DNA from: Candidatus Woesearchaeota archaeon
GTDB taxonomy: Archaea > Nanobdellota > Nanobdellia > Pacearchaeales > GW2011-AR1
NCBI GenBank assembly: GCA_964530945.1
Contig: CAZHCJ010000001.1
Location: forward strand, 2,140 to 66,139
Length of the DNA stretch: 64,000 nt
Direction of reading: 5' to 3'
Position numbers and translations under genes: made by a program. Every line of letters begins with the position of its first letter. The stretch's first letter is position 1. Of this stretch, positions 38,648 to 47,379 are shown one piece after another. The notes beneath the pieces are model-generated. The model did no database searches, had not been told where the DNA came from, and was given only the letters and a program-made list of their open reading frames with translations.

Positions 38648-39631
38648 TTACTTCTTCCTTTTTTTAGAGTTTTTGGAAGTTTTCTTTTTTGAAGGTTTTT
38701 TTGGTTTTTTCTTTTTTGGTTTTGTTTTCTTCTTTAATTTTTTTGATTTTTTCTTAGTTTTTTTCTTGGTCTTACTTTTAGATTTCTTACTTTTGGTTTT
38801 TGTACCTTTCTTACTTGACTTCTTGGATTTCTTTGCTACCTTCTTTTCGGCTTTTTTCTTAGCGGCTTTTTTTCTTGCAATTGTCCTCCTTCTCTTCAAC
38901 TTACGCTCTCTCTTTCTTCTCTTGAGTGCCCTTTCTCTTTTTCTACTCAACCGTTCTTTCTCATTATCTATTTCTCTTTCTACTTCACTTAATTCTTGCT
39001 CATATTTCTTAAGATTCCTTTTTAAACCTCTTAAAAGTTTTGCATTATCTCTCAACTCAAAAATAGCCCCGCATTCTTGGCAAGCAAAATCATAAAGTAA
39101 CGCGTTTTCTTCTTTCAGTTCAATATTGCATCTGTTACAGATATAAAACTGGTTTTGTTCCCTACTCTTTATTTGATTCTCAATTTGGAAAATTCGGTGT
39201 TCAATCTTTTTCTTTAAAAAATCCAAGGCTTTCAATGCCTCTATTTTCCAAAAATAAGTATACCATCCTTTTTTCTTATCCTTTTTTCTTATACTGGAAA
39301 CCAATCCATAATCTGCAATTTTATAAAGAATGTTTCTTGTTTGGTTTATGGTTATATCTAATTTTTTTGCAATCAGAAATTCATTGGTATAACGTTTTAT
39401 ATCGAGCAACTCAACAATCTCTTCAGATTGTCTTCCTGCAACAATACCTATAACTTCTCTTAAAAGGTCTTGAAGTGTTTTCTTATTCTCCACTTCTTTT
39501 TTAGAAGAAACTTTTTTCTCTAACTTTTCTTTTTGCTTACTTTTTTTCTTGGAAGTTTTTTTGCTCTTCTTACTTTTGGATTTGGAAATCTTGCTCTTTT
39601 TATTCTTGCTTACTTTTTTTTTGGAGGGCAT
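38648..39631 (-). CDS. tfe: Transcription factor E (TFE/TFIIE-alpha homolog) with long poly-Lys N- and C-terminal tails
   Basis: Winged helix: NQTRNILYKIADYGLVSSIRKKDKKKGWYTYFWKI. Zinc ribbon: CNRCNIE...CQECGA. Flanked by K-rich segments of about 50 and about 100 aa. Confidence 0.75.
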   Translation of the reverse strand: MPSKKKVSKNKKSKISKSKSKKSKKTSKKKSKQKEKLEKKVSSKKEVENKKTLQDLLREVIGIVAGRQSEEIVELLDIKRYTNEFLIAKKLDITINQTRNILYKIADYGLVSSIRKKDKKKGWYTYFWKIEALKALDFLKKKIEHRIFQIENQIKSREQNQFYICNRCNIELKEENALLYDFACQECGAIFELRDNAKLLRGLKRNLKKYEQELSEVEREIDNEKERLSRKRERALKRRKRERKLKRRRTIARKKAAKKKAEKKVAKKSKKSSKKGTKTKSKKSKSKTKKKTKKKSKKLKKKTKPKKKKPKKPSKKKTSKNSKKRKK

Positions 39632-39749
39632 ATTGAGTTTAAAGGGAATCTAAATAAATACCTTTCGGTTAAAGTATATAAAAATAAAAGTTTTTAAACC
39701 TATGTTGTATTTTATATATATTAAAAAGAGTATATTCGACTAACATAAA

Positions 39750-40352
39750 ATGGGTTTATTTGGAAAAAAGAAAAAAGAGGGTAAAAATCAGCCTGCCAAA
39801 GGTCAAACAATTCAAAATCAGACCTCTAGCCCTCAATTACCTGAATTACCTAAACTACCTGATTTGCCAAATTCTCAGCCTTCTCAAAAACAAGTCCACC
39901 AACTTCCGAGCATTCCTTCAAGTTCTATAGGAGATAAATTTTCTCAAGACAGTATTAAAGAAGCTGTCTCTGGAAGAAGAGGTGAAGAAGATGATGTTAA
40001 TGGTATTACCCAAATGATACAGAAACCTCAAAGAAAGATGATAAGAGAACTCGATGAGGAAATTGAGGCGGAAGAATTAGGAGTCCCTTCCTTTCCAAAA
40101 AGAACTCAATCATTTAAAGGCAGAAGACACACAGAAGGAGAACCTATATTTGTAAGAATTGATAATTTTGAAGAAGCAATAAAAACCTTTGACGAAGCAA
40201 ATAGTAAATTAGATGAAATGGAAAAGCTTCTCGAAAAAATAAAACAAGTTAAATCAGAGGAAGAACAAGAATTAGTTTCTTGGGAAAAAAATGTTAAAAA
40301 ATTAAAAAGAGAAATTGAAAAAATAGATCAAGATATTTTTTCAAAGATTTAG
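39750..40352 (+). CDS. Hypothetical protein: Pro/Gln-rich N-terminus and coiled-coil C-terminus
   Basis: Shares the motif PIFVRIDNFEEAIKTF with the next ORF (VHVKLEFEEAVRS). Confidence 0.4.
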   Translation: MGLFGKKKKEGKNQPAKGQTIQNQTSSPQLPELPKLPDLPNSQPSQKQVHQLPSIPSSSIGDKFSQDSIKEAVSGRRGEEDDVNGITQMIQKPQRKMIRELDEEIEAEELGVPSFPKRTQSFKGRRHTEGEPIFVRIDNFEEAIKTFDEANSKLDEMEKLLEKIKQVKSEEEQELVSWEKNVKKLKREIEKIDQDIFSKI

Positions 40353-40363
40353 TTCTTTCAAAA

Positions 40364-40756
40364 ATGGCTAAAAAAAGTTCTTCTAAAAATGAGAATTCAA
40401 ACCTTGTCCATGTAAAACTAGAATTTGAAGAAGCGGTTAGGTCCAAAAAAAGTCTCCTAACCATGCAAATGTGGCTTCTTAAATCTGCAAGAAACATTGA
40501 AAAATACAAGTTGCTCAGAATAGAAGAACTTGAATTGAAAGAAAAACTTAGGGAAAAATCAAATCAAACTAAGAAACAAATTAAAAAATTAAAATCTATT
40601 CTTCCCCATCCAAAAATCCCTAAATCAATTAAAAAACCAGGAGAAGGCAGGGAGGAATCTGGAATAAGGCACATTGAAAATAAGGACAATAAGATAGAAA
40701 CCCAACTTTTGGAAATTCAAAGACGTTTAGATGCATTGCAATCTGAAAATATCTAA
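40364..40756 (+). CDS. Hypothetical coiled-coil protein, paralogous to the preceding ORF
   Basis: HVKLEFEEAVRS motif followed by a heptad-rich K/E helix. Confidence 0.4.
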   Translation: MAKKSSSKNENSNLVHVKLEFEEAVRSKKSLLTMQMWLLKSARNIEKYKLLRIEELELKEKLREKSNQTKKQIKKLKSILPHPKIPKSIKKPGEGREESGIRHIENKDNKIETQLLEIQRRLDALQSENI

Positions 40757-40807
40757 CTTCTCGGGGCTCAGTGAAACGTTTTTAAAACTTATTTCATAAT
40801 AAATTTT

Positions 40808-42565
40808 ATGACAAAGAAAATTACTAGAAAAGAGCTCATAAAAAAATACAAGGAATTTTTCAAGAATAAAAAGCACGAAGTTATACCTTCAGGCTCTTTA
40901 ATTCCTATGAACGACCCTAGTGTTTTATTTACAACGGCAGGAATGCATCCTCTCGTCCCATATCTTTTAGGACAAAAACATCCTCTGGGCAAACGCATAG
41001 TAAATGTCCAAAAATGCATCCGGACTACAGACATAGATGAAGTGGGAGATACAATACATCATACATTTTTCGAGATGCTTGGCAATTGGAGTCTTGGAGA
41101 TTATTGGAAAAAAGAATCTATAGAAATGAGCCTTGAATTTCTCACAAAAAAACTTGGGATTGAAAAAGAGAAACTTGCAGTTTCAGTGTTCAAGGGAAAT
41201 GAAGACGCTCCAAAAGACGAGGAATCCGCAAAAGTTTGGGAGAATCTTAAAATAGGGCGAGAAAGAATCGCTTATCTAGGAAAAAGAGATAACTGGTGGG
41301 GGCCCGCAGGAGAAACAGGTCCATGCGGTCCGGACACTGAAATTTTTTATTGGAACTCTCAATCAGAAATCCCTAAAAAATTCGACCCTCAAGATAAACG
41401 TTGGGTTGAGATTTGGAATAATGTTTTTATGCAATATAATAAAACTTCTGATGGAAAGCTTGAACCTTTAAGTCAAAAAAACGTCGATACCGGGATGGGT
41501 GTTGAACGTACTGTGGCTGCGTTAAATGGAATAAATGATAATTACCTCACAGAAAGCTTCAAGCCACTTATTGACGAAATAGAACATCTCTGGAATATTA
41601 AATATGATTCTGAGAAAAACAAAAGATTAATCCGGATAGTTGCAGACCATATAAAAGCAGCAGTATTTATTGCTGCAGAAGGGATAACTCCTAGCAACAC
41701 AGAACAAGGCTATGTTTTAAGAAAACTAATTAGACGGGCATATACTCTCATCTACAGACATGGAAATAAAGGCGACCTTTTATCTCCGCTTGCTGAGAAA
41801 ATTCTTGATATTTATTCAGATTACAATTTAAGGAGAAAATGGAAGGAAATCTACGAAATAATAAAAAACGAAGAAAGAAAATTTGAAAAGACTATCGAAA
41901 AAGGCTTATCTAAATTTGAATCCATGATAAAAAACAAAAAAGCGCTCTCCGGAAAAGACGCTTTCCTCTTATATCAAAGTTATGGTTTTCCAATAGAACT
42001 CACAATGGAAATGGCTAAAGAAAAAAACGTCACGGTTGATAAAAAAGCTTTTGATAAAGAATATAAAAAACATCAGAAACTTTCAAAAACAGCCTCTAAA
42101 GGACGCTTCAGTTCTGGGCTAGCAGACAAAAGTGAAAAAACAATAAAATTGCATACTGCGACACATCTTCTAAACGAAGCCTTGAGACAAGTTCTCGGAA
42201 AAGAAGTAAAACAAAAAGGTTCGAACATAACTCCTGAACGTTTACGTTTTGATTTCAACTTTCCAAGAAAACTTACTAAAGAAGAGATTAGAAAGTTGGA
42301 AACCCTCGTAAATGAAAAAATAAAACAAGGGCTCAAGGTAACAAGTGAAGAAATGCCCCTCAAAAAGGCTTTAAATTCGGGGGCTCAATCAGAATTTGGA
42401 ACAAAATACCCTGAAGTAGTAAGTGTTTATAGTATTGGAAATTTCAGCAAAGAAATTTGTACCGGACCGCACGTAAAAAACACGAAGGAAATCGGAAAAT
42501 TCAAAATCCTGAAAGAAAAATCAAGTGCTGCAGGAGTAAGAAGAATTCGTGCGGTAGTCGAGTGA
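40808..42565 (+). CDS. alaS: Alanyl-tRNA synthetase, bacterial type and short (585 aa): catalytic domain plus editing core, with no C-Ala domain
   Basis: FTTAGM, HHTFFEMLGNWSLGDYWK, GPCGPDTEIFYW. Editing-core motifs HTATHLL and CTGPHV. A TTTTTAAAA TATA box lies about 25 nt upstream. Confidence 0.85.
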   Translation: MTKKITRKELIKKYKEFFKNKKHEVIPSGSLIPMNDPSVLFTTAGMHPLVPYLLGQKHPLGKRIVNVQKCIRTTDIDEVGDTIHHTFFEMLGNWSLGDYWKKESIEMSLEFLTKKLGIEKEKLAVSVFKGNEDAPKDEESAKVWENLKIGRERIAYLGKRDNWWGPAGETGPCGPDTEIFYWNSQSEIPKKFDPQDKRWVEIWNNVFMQYNKTSDGKLEPLSQKNVDTGMGVERTVAALNGINDNYLTESFKPLIDEIEHLWNIKYDSEKNKRLIRIVADHIKAAVFIAAEGITPSNTEQGYVLRKLIRRAYTLIYRHGNKGDLLSPLAEKILDIYSDYNLRRKWKEIYEIIKNEERKFEKTIEKGLSKFESMIKNKKALSGKDAFLLYQSYGFPIELTMEMAKEKNVTVDKKAFDKEYKKHQKLSKTASKGRFSSGLADKSEKTIKLHTATHLLNEALRQVLGKEVKQKGSNITPERLRFDFNFPRKLTKEEIRKLETLVNEKIKQGLKVTSEEMPLKKALNSGAQSEFGTKYPEVVSVYSIGNFSKEICTGPHVKNTKEIGKFKILKEKSSAAGVRRIRAVVE

Positions 42566-42599
42566 GTTTTTTATATTAGAAAAAATAAAGTTTGAAAAG

Positions 42600-43133
42600 T
42601 TAAAGTTTTTTTCTCAAATCCGAAAATGGTTTAAGGACATCAGGATGAAGTGTTCCTTCCAAACCTTTCATGACTTCATCAACAGCTTGCAAATCCGCCA
42701 TTGTATATGTTTTAACGTTTCCAGCTCCAGAACCTTGTGCCACATGTTGCGCCTCTGGCGCCACACCAACGAGACGGCCACCGCCATTGCCGAGATTGCT
42801 CGTGCCATAGACATTCGAACTATTCTCAAGCCTGCCGACATACCACGCCCTCATTTCAGGCATATTACTTTGTGCGTGAATTGGGAAAACTCCCATCGCA
42901 GTATCATAACCAAATCTTTCTTTTCCTTCTGCAAAAATATGATCAACATAATCGTTTAAAAGTGCTTGGTCTCTTGCCAAAATTTTCCAAACAGGATGGG
43001 TTTTTACATCTTCTCTTGACATTTGTTCATTCACTTTTCCAATTTTTCCTTTAAACTCTTCTCCATCCGTTGCATCATATTGCTCCGGAGTTATTGCCAA
43101 CGCGCCACCTATTCTCTGTGTTTCTGGGGTCAT
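42600..43133 (-). CDS. Hypothetical protein of 177 aa, GC-rich (family A/B). Paralog of the gene at 26254..27057.
   Basis: AWYVGRLENSSNVYGTSNLGNGGGRLVGVAPEA. A 100-nt stretch, 42741-42840, is about 56% GC. Shares the 11-nt string ccaccgccatt with its paralog. Confidence 0.6.
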   Translation of the reverse strand: MTPETQRIGGALAITPEQYDATDGEEFKGKIGKVNEQMSREDVKTHPVWKILARDQALLNDYVDHIFAEGKERFGYDTAMGVFPIHAQSNMPEMRAWYVGRLENSSNVYGTSNLGNGGGRLVGVAPEAQHVAQGSGAGNVKTYTMADLQAVDEVMKGLEGTLHPDVLKPFSDLRKKL

Positions 43134-43159
43134 TACATTAAATTATATTCTTAAGCAAA

Positions 43160-44224
43160 TCACTCCAACCTATACTCTTCGGCAAGCATGTACTCTCTTT
43201 CTAAATTATCTTTTTTCCATTGCTTCAAGAAACCCAAAAAATTCCTATCCCTTATATCTTCCAAATCATCTGCATCTCCATACTCCTCTAACCCTTTTGG
43301 AAGAATTATTCCGTCTGAGAGTGTTAAGAGTTCAGGATTCGAATTTAATTTGACACCTCCTACATACGAAATTCCACTATCAGATATTATTGCAGGTCCA
43401 GAAGTTTCAACAAAACAAAAACCAGTGCCATTTAAACTGTGTTTTGAAGGACAACCTACCCCTACCGCTTCATGATTCTCATCACTATAATAAAAGATTG
43501 AGGTTTCATAATCAAGTTCTTTCAATATCAGAGCTAGCAACAAAGACTTCTCTCCACAAATCCCTTCTTCATCAAACAAAACCTCGTAAGGATATCTTGA
43601 ATATGCAATCTTTTGGTTCCTTATGGAAAAAATTTGGTTGGAATGTCCGTAAGGAATGTTTTGGACCATACTTATCGCAATCCTTGCTTGATCTACTTTG
43701 CTTTTTGGTGCAAGATTTTGTATTTTTTTTACCAAAGGCAAAACAGTTTCTCTTTGCAAAGAATCATCCAACCCTTGATATTTAAAATCTAAACGGGAAA
43801 TATTTTCTTGAGAAGAATCAATTCCACGAGGAAGATTTCCAACATAATCATCTATTCCAGAAAAAACTGTAAAAATTGTGCTTTTCATTTTTCCTTCCAA
43901 AACATAGGTTAAGTTAATATCTCTTGGATTTTGATGCTCTAAAGAAACACAAAAATCTCCTTGCTTAAAAAAATCGAAATTTTCTGAACTCGGACAACCG
44001 CAACGAGTTGCGTTTTCAACCAAAACCCCTTCGTCACAAAAGTATGGTTTATCTATCGAACACGAATCATAAGGAGTCCCATCCCCACATTCTAGAACTA
44101 AAGTCTTGGGAACCTCATCCCCACCTGCTAAAGCAAAAATTCCCAAAATTAAAAATACTAAGATTAAAACCGCCCCGAATATGTAATTCCCATGCAATTC
44201 TAATGCCTCTTTTAAATTCAACAT
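43160..44224 (-). CDS. Membrane-anchored transglutaminase-like (papain-fold Cys-His-Asp) protein with a Cys-rich ectodomain
   Basis: N-terminal TM IFGAVLILVFLILGIFALA. Cys-rich segment CGDG..C..C..C.C. Core GICGEKSLLLALILKELDYE ... NHEAVGV ... FCFVETSG. Ends 27 nt upstream of the GC-rich paralog. Confidence 0.55.
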   Translation of the reverse strand: MLNLKEALELHGNYIFGAVLILVFLILGIFALAGGDEVPKTLVLECGDGTPYDSCSIDKPYFCDEGVLVENATRCGCPSSENFDFFKQGDFCVSLEHQNPRDINLTYVLEGKMKSTIFTVFSGIDDYVGNLPRGIDSSQENISRLDFKYQGLDDSLQRETVLPLVKKIQNLAPKSKVDQARIAISMVQNIPYGHSNQIFSIRNQKIAYSRYPYEVLFDEEGICGEKSLLLALILKELDYETSIFYYSDENHEAVGVGCPSKHSLNGTGFCFVETSGPAIISDSGISYVGGVKLNSNPELLTLSDGIILPKGLEEYGDADDLEDIRDRNFLGFLKQWKKDNLEREYMLAEEYRLE

Positions 44225-44261
44225 AAAACTATCTAGATAATCAATTATAAAAAACTAACTT

Positions 44262-46769
44262 TTACTCAAGATAAATCCCTGGCTTGCCTGTTTTGACTTT
44301 CTTTGATTTGTTTTCCGGGTCATACTTATCTTTCTCATTTACTGCATAAATTTTTATTTCTAAACTTGTCTTTTTCTCAATATAATCTTTCTTTCCAAGA
44401 TAGACTTTCTTTTCCTGAGGCAGAACATAAATATGTGCCTTACTGACATTTGTTTCGACAAGTTCTAAGATTTTATTTACATCCTCAATAAGCATCTCAA
44501 CAAATTCTTCCTCTTTCTCCAAGCTCTCGTTGATTTTGCTTTCATCAACTTTAGGCCAACTTTCAACACTTAACATCTTTTTATTTCCAAGTTTCTGCCA
44601 AATCTCTTCGGTTATGTGCGGGCAAAAAACATGTAAAAGTTTTAAGAATTTCTCAAAAGACTTCTTGTCCGCACCCTGTTCTAAATGATTAAACAACTCA
44701 CGAATTTTTATTACAGCTAAATCATATCTCATCTCTTGAACATCTTTGCTCACAAGTTTAATTGTCTTGTTTAATTTGTGATCTGTAAGGGCATCAATTT
44801 TTGTGTCAAACTGATTTTTCTCCGCAAAGCCAATGACATTCCTCACAAATCTTAAACTTCCTTCAATTCCTTCATCGCTCCAGTGCCTGTCTTTATCTGG
44901 AGAACCTATGGAAACTAAAAATAGCCTGGCAGTGTCTATCCCATACTTGTCACTTATAACGTCCGGGTAAACTCCATTGCCCCTTGATTTGGACATCACA
45001 TATCCATCCTCTCCATGAAGCATTCCTTGGTTAAACAAATTCTTGAAAGGTTCATCAATTTCCAAGAAACCTAAATCTCTCAAAGCCTTAACAAAAAATC
45101 TAGCATAAATAAGATGCATTGTTGCATGCTCTGCCCCTCCTATATACTGGTCAACAGGCATCCAATACCCAACTTTTTTAGCTCCAAAAGGTTTTTTCGA
45201 ATTCTTATTATCGCAATACCTCAGGTAGTACCATGAACTGTCAAAAAACGTGTCCATAGTGTCTGTTTCTCTTCTGGCATTAGCGTTACATTTGGGACAC
45301 TTAGCCTCAAGCCATTTTTTGTTTGTCAACAAAGGATTCCCTTTTCCAAACCTAACTTCCTCAGGAAGCTTAACAGGCAAGTCTTTTTCAGGAACAGGAA
45401 CAACTCCACACTTTTCACAATAAACAATTGGAATGGGGGTCCCCCAATATCTCTGTCTTGAAACGAGCCAATCTCTTAGCTTGAATTGCACTTTACTTCT
45501 AGCTTTCTTTTTTCTTTCCAAATGTGCTGTAATCTTCTTTATTGCCTCATTACTTTTAACTCCATTGAATTCTCCAGAATTAACCAAGTATCCTTCTCCA
45601 GTATATGCTCTTGGAATCTCTCCTTTCCGTTCATAAATCTCGTAGTCTTTAGGCTCAACAACAACTTCCACGGGCAAGCCATACTTTTCAGCAAACTCAA
45701 AATCACGTTGGTCATGAGCGGGCACGCCCATCACCATTCCACTACCATAATCTGCGACAACAAAATTCCCTGCATAAATCGGAACTTTCTCTCCACTAAT
45801 GGGATTTGTTGCATAGCTTCCTGTAAAAACACCTTCTTTTTCAAGGCCTTCAAGTTCTTTTTCGCTAATGGATTTTATTTTTTTCAGAAAGGATTCAACT
45901 TTCTTTCTTTGTTCTTTTGTGACCAAATTCATCAGTTCAGGATGTTGGGCAGAAACAACCATAAACTTAACCCCATAAATAGTATCAGGCCTTGTGGTGA
46001 AAATCTTCCAAACCTTACCATTTATATCAAAATCTATTTCTGTCCCCTCACTGCGACCAATCCAATTCTTTTGCATGATTTTAATCCTGCGAGGCCAATT
46101 CAAAGTGTCCACCTTATCCAAAAGCTCTTCCGCATATTCAGTAGTTTTTAGGAACCACTGCTTCAATTGTTTTACCTCCACTTCTGTATCTTCGTGGCGC
46201 CAACACTTACCATTATGAACCTGCTCATTTGCAAGAACCGTGTCGCATTTAGGACACCAATTAACATTTGAAAGTTTTCTGTAAGCCAATCCTTTTTCCA
46301 AGAATTTCAAAAAGAAAAACTGATTCCATTTATAATACTCTACATCAGAAGTTTTCAAAGTTCGCCTCCAATCATAACTCAATCCAAGAGTCTTTAATTG
46401 AGAAGTATAATTCCGTGTTGAGTGTTTAATAGTCTCTTTAGGATGTTTTTTTTCTTTTATTGCGGCATTTTCGGCAGGCAAACCAAAACTATCATAACCC
46501 ATTGCATAAAGAACATTAAATCCATTCATTCTCTTAAATCTGGAAAAAACATCTCCTATTGTGTAATTAAAGGCGTGGCCCATGTGAAGCTTTGAACCAG
46601 AAGGGTATGGGAACATCTCAATCACAGTAAATTTTTTCTTTCCAGATTTCAAACTAACCTCAAACACTTTCTCCTTTTCCCACTTCTTCTGCCACTTCTT
46701 TTCAATTTTTGCAAAATCAAATTTAGTTTTCTTTTTCTCTGTCTTTTTCTTAAGTTTTTTCTTAGCCAT
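44262..46769 (-). CDS. leuS: Leucyl-tRNA synthetase (bacterial-like)
   Basis: HIGH motif HMGHAFNYTIGD. KMSKS motif VMSKSRGN. YAMGYDSFGLPAENAAIKE. Confidence 0.9.
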   Translation of the reverse strand: MAKKKLKKKTEKKKTKFDFAKIEKKWQKKWEKEKVFEVSLKSGKKKFTVIEMFPYPSGSKLHMGHAFNYTIGDVFSRFKRMNGFNVLYAMGYDSFGLPAENAAIKEKKHPKETIKHSTRNYTSQLKTLGLSYDWRRTLKTSDVEYYKWNQFFFLKFLEKGLAYRKLSNVNWCPKCDTVLANEQVHNGKCWRHEDTEVEVKQLKQWFLKTTEYAEELLDKVDTLNWPRRIKIMQKNWIGRSEGTEIDFDINGKVWKIFTTRPDTIYGVKFMVVSAQHPELMNLVTKEQRKKVESFLKKIKSISEKELEGLEKEGVFTGSYATNPISGEKVPIYAGNFVVADYGSGMVMGVPAHDQRDFEFAEKYGLPVEVVVEPKDYEIYERKGEIPRAYTGEGYLVNSGEFNGVKSNEAIKKITAHLERKKKARSKVQFKLRDWLVSRQRYWGTPIPIVYCEKCGVVPVPEKDLPVKLPEEVRFGKGNPLLTNKKWLEAKCPKCNANARRETDTMDTFFDSSWYYLRYCDNKNSKKPFGAKKVGYWMPVDQYIGGAEHATMHLIYARFFVKALRDLGFLEIDEPFKNLFNQGMLHGEDGYVMSKSRGNGVYPDVISDKYGIDTARLFLVSIGSPDKDRHWSDEGIEGSLRFVRNVIGFAEKNQFDTKIDALTDHKLNKTIKLVSKDVQEMRYDLAVIKIRELFNHLEQGADKKSFEKFLKLLHVFCPHITEEIWQKLGNKKMLSVESWPKVDESKINESLEKEEEFVEMLIEDVNKILELVETNVSKAHIYVLPQEKKVYLGKKDYIEKKTSLEIKIYAVNEKDKYDPENKSKKVKTGKPGIYLE

Positions 46770-46800
46770 AAACCTAAAAGTTTCTAGGAACTTTTAAATA

Positions 46801-47340
46801 TTGTCCTATGCTCTTAGATGCATGGGAACAATAGAAGCGCACATCGTAGGAAACATCATCTCCAGTAACTCTGATGAAGCATTCACATTATATAAAAAAA
46901 GCAATTTTGGAGAACCTTCTGGAGAAAAAATACGCTATTCATTCTCCGAGGCACTCTTTCTCCTAGAAAAAAATAAACTCTGTATCATTCAACGTAAAAC
47001 AAAACTCAAATCTAAAGAGTTAATAAAAAAGCTTCATCGTAAAGACAAAAGGATTCAAACAAAATACGCAGTTTACCGTGATTTGAGAGAACGTGGATAT
47101 ATCGTCAAAACAGCGTTAAAATTCGGTGCTGATTTTAGAGTTTATGATAAAGGGAAAGGCCCTGGAAAAACTCACGCTAAATGGATTGTTTTTGCAGATA
47201 ACGAATCAAATAGGATAACTTGGAGCGACTTTTCGGCAAAAAATCGTGTAGCGCACAGCACAAGAAAAAAGCTGTTACTAGCAGTAGTGGATGAAGAAAA
47301 CGCAGTAAGTTACTACGAAGTTTCTTGGATAAAGCCTTAA
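46801..47340 (+). CDS. endA: tRNA-splicing endonuclease (EndA)
   Basis: Catalytic domain YRDLRERGYIVKTALKFGADFRVYDKGKGPGKTHAKWIV. Confidence 0.85.
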   Translation: MSYALRCMGTIEAHIVGNIISSNSDEAFTLYKKSNFGEPSGEKIRYSFSEALFLLEKNKLCIIQRKTKLKSKELIKKLHRKDKRIQTKYAVYRDLRERGYIVKTALKFGADFRVYDKGKGPGKTHAKWIVFADNESNRITWSDFSAKNRVAHSTRKKLLLAVVDEENAVSYYEVSWIKP

Positions 47341-47379
47341 CACAAGAATATTTATAATCTCTTTTATTTTTTCTAAAGC

